Source: Escherichia coli
Lineage (GTDB): Bacteria > Pseudomonadota > Gammaproteobacteria > Enterobacterales > Enterobacteriaceae
NCBI RefSeq assembly: GCF_003334385.1
Contig: NZ_QOWN01000144.1
Strand: one strand, 5' to 3'
DNA: 806 bases
Shown: in pieces, positions 1-806 of the stretch
Position numbering within the stretch: position 1 is the first letter of the stretch
How the letters are laid out: each line of letters starts with the position of its first letter
Position numbers and translations under genes: made by a program
The notes under the pieces: model-generated
Told to the model about the DNA's origin: nothing
The model's input: the letters and a program-made list of their open reading frames with translations, nothing else
The model's database searches: none

Positions 1-806
1 CATCCGATTCGGCATAAAAGGCTGCCTGGTCCTTAAGGCGTTCGCTCAGATACTGCGCGTTCTGTGCCCGTGCCTGTCTGTAAAAATCCTCACTGATATC
101 CCCGGTCTGATACTGAGACTGAAGGTCCGCATCCTTCTGGCGGAAGCTGTCGCGGATCTGCTGCAACTCCCGCATGCGTTCCCTGGCTCGTTCTCCCTGC
201 CCGTACCCCAGCAGTTCGGCTTCATTTGATGCACGCGCAGCCACATTATCATTCTTCAGGGTCTCTTCCCGGGATCGCAACTGTTCCCGGATTTTTTGCT
301 GGTCAATCAGGGCCGCGTTACGCAGCAGTTCCTGCTTCTGCATCTCCGTCAGGGTTTTCAGTTCGCCCTGCGCAGTCTGGTACTTCAGCTTCGCCAGCTC
401 TGTATTCTGACCCGCCAGTGCCAGTTGCTCTTTCTGCTGCTTCAGTAGCCGGGAAAAACTGTCTTCCGCTTTTTCCGTCTCTGATTTTCCACCCCGGGAT
501 TTAGGTTTGTTCGCCTCGTTATTACGCCAGGCTTCCAGAGCATTACTGATATAACGCTGTCTCGCCTCCTGATACGAATCCCCCACAAAACCAAGGTCAT
601 CCGCCGCATACCCCAGCCGGGCACGCTCTTTTTCCTCCCCCTTCAGTCGGGACAGGGCCAGCTCACGCTCTGTTTTTGTCAGGGCACTCTGCTGTTTATC
701 ATCCAGGGTGGCCTGTGGCAGCCGTAACGGTACATTCACCAGTCCCTGACGCTGCTGAAGCAGTTCATTCCCCAGCCCCAGCAGACGGTTGAATTCCGTA
801 TGCTGA
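1..806 (-). CDS. Partial CDS, internal fragment with both ends outside the window; probable phage tail length tape measure protein (lambda gpH-like), central helical/coiled-coil region
   Basis: Seen in sequence: the minus-strand frame with complete codons at 805..2 runs 268 sense codons with no stop, checked codon by codon. The same register on the plus strand contains TGA, TAG and TAA. Codon choice is enterobacterial-like: Gln almost always CAG (CAA twice), Leu mostly CTG. Composition is Q/E/L/R/A/K-rich with spaced hydrophobic residues, typical of long alpha-helical coiled coils. Inference: the product call rests on composition and on loose resemblance, recalled rather than searched, between the stretch ...NKPKSRGGKSETEKAEDSFSRLLKQQKEQLALAG... 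and the ...KKPKQSS...RQEDSAHAALLTLQAELRTLEKHAG... region of lambda gpH. No enzymatic motif is visible. Confidence that this is a real CDS is about 0.9; confidence in the tape-measure product is about 0.5. Confidence 0.7.

Noticed and set aside
46-252. ORF-track minus-strand ORF, 68 aa (MIMWLRVHQMKPNCWGTGRENEPGNACGS...)
   Set aside because: It is in a different minus-strand frame and fully overlaps the long stop-free frame. Its Trp/Cys/Arg/Gly-rich, low-complexity translation is typical of an out-of-frame reading of a real gene.
289-300. A-run on the coding strand (cag caa aaa atc) as a possible programmed frameshift slippery site
   Set aside because: It does not fit the X_XXY_YYZ heptamer in the coding frame. 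Programmed frameshifting in lambda-like tail modules is in the gpG/gpGT chaperone gene, not in the tape measure gene.
174-410. ORF-track plus-strand ORF, 78 aa (MRSLARSPCPYPSSSASFDARAATLSFF...)
   Set aside because: It is antisense to the long CDS. The Ser/Arg/Cys/Phe-rich composition is the usual signature of the antisense strand of a CAG/CTG/GAA-rich gene, and it has no independent coding support.
268-500. Palindromic hexamers CCCGGG (269-274, 493-498) and GAATTC (791-796), and an 8-bp direct repeat cccgggat (268-275, 493-500)
   Set aside because: Short palindromes and 8-mers of this kind occur by chance in 800 bp of 55%-GC-like coding DNA. There is no flanking structure suggesting an operator, recombination site or mobile-element end.
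226-504. ORF-track plus-strand ORF, 92 aa (MMHAQPHYHSSGSLPGIATVPGFFAGQSGPRY...)
   Set aside because: It is antisense to the long CDS, with a Pro/Ser/Ala/Gly-rich low-complexity translation. I treat it as an antisense artefact.
482-505. Near-match to a Walker A P-loop (PKSRGGKS against the GxxxxGK[ST] pattern)
   Set aside because: The first position is Pro rather than Gly/Ala, and the motif sits in a basic linker inside a coiled-coil protein with no surrounding nucleotide-binding fold elements. It is most likely a chance resemblance.
203-616. Weak internal repeat of LGY with nearby ERAR (KERARLGYAADD at about 596-625 and ELLGYGQGERARE at about 179-217), possibly a segment duplication as seen in some tape measure proteins
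   Set aside because: The similarity covers only a few residues with different flanks and is not distinguishable from chance in a low-complexity protein. It would need a self-dot-plot of the full-length protein to pursue.
442-624. ORF-track minus-strand ORF, 60 aa (MPGWGMRRMTLVLWGIRIRRRDSVISVMLW...)
   Set aside because: It is out of frame with, and embedded in, the window-spanning CDS. The Arg/Trp-rich composition is typical of a shifted frame.
289-677. Plus-strand T-runs (around 291-297, 470-475, 629-633, 672-676) that could superficially look like terminator U-tracts
   Set aside because: They are the antisense of AAA/GAA Lys/Glu codons in the minus-strand gene. None is preceded by a convincing GC-rich stem-loop, and all are internal to a continuous reading frame.
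327-766. Recurrent ctgcttcag / ctgctgaagcag-type motifs scattered on the plus strand
   Set aside because: They reflect repeated Leu/Gln/Lys codon combinations (CTG, CAG, AAG) in a Q/L/K-rich protein, not a structured nucleotide repeat array. They have no regular spacing and no repeat-spacer organisation.

Overview
The whole 806-bp window lies inside one large protein-coding gene on the minus strand. Reading the reverse complement from position 805 down to 2 gives 268 sense codons with no stop, so the gene starts beyond position 806 and ends before position 1. The ORF track misses it because the frame has no in-window stop; the track's four ORFs are all in other frames and look like out-of-frame artefacts. 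The translation (QHTEFNRLLGLGNELLQQRQGLVNVPLRLPQATLDDKQQSALTKTERELALSRLKGEEKERARLGYAADDLGFVGDSYQEARQRYISNALEAWRNNEANKPKSRGGKSETEKAEDSFSRLLKQQKEQLALAGQNTELAKLKYQTAQGELKTLTEMQKQELLRNAALIDQQKIREQLRSREETLKNDNVAARASNEAELLGYGQGERARERMRELQQIRDSFRQKDADLQSQYQTGDISEDFYRQARAQNAQYLSERLKDQAAFYAESD) is rich in Gln, Glu, Leu, Arg, Ala and Lys and looks like a long helical or coiled-coil segment. My best call is the central region of a lambda-type phage tail length tape measure protein, which would place the window in a prophage or phage tail module of an enterobacterial-like genome. That call rests on composition and on loose resemblance to lambda gpH recalled from memory, not on a search. I see no RNA genes, CRISPR repeats, mobile-element termini, promoters or terminators, and I cannot identify any novel multi-gene system from this window: it holds only the interior of one gene.
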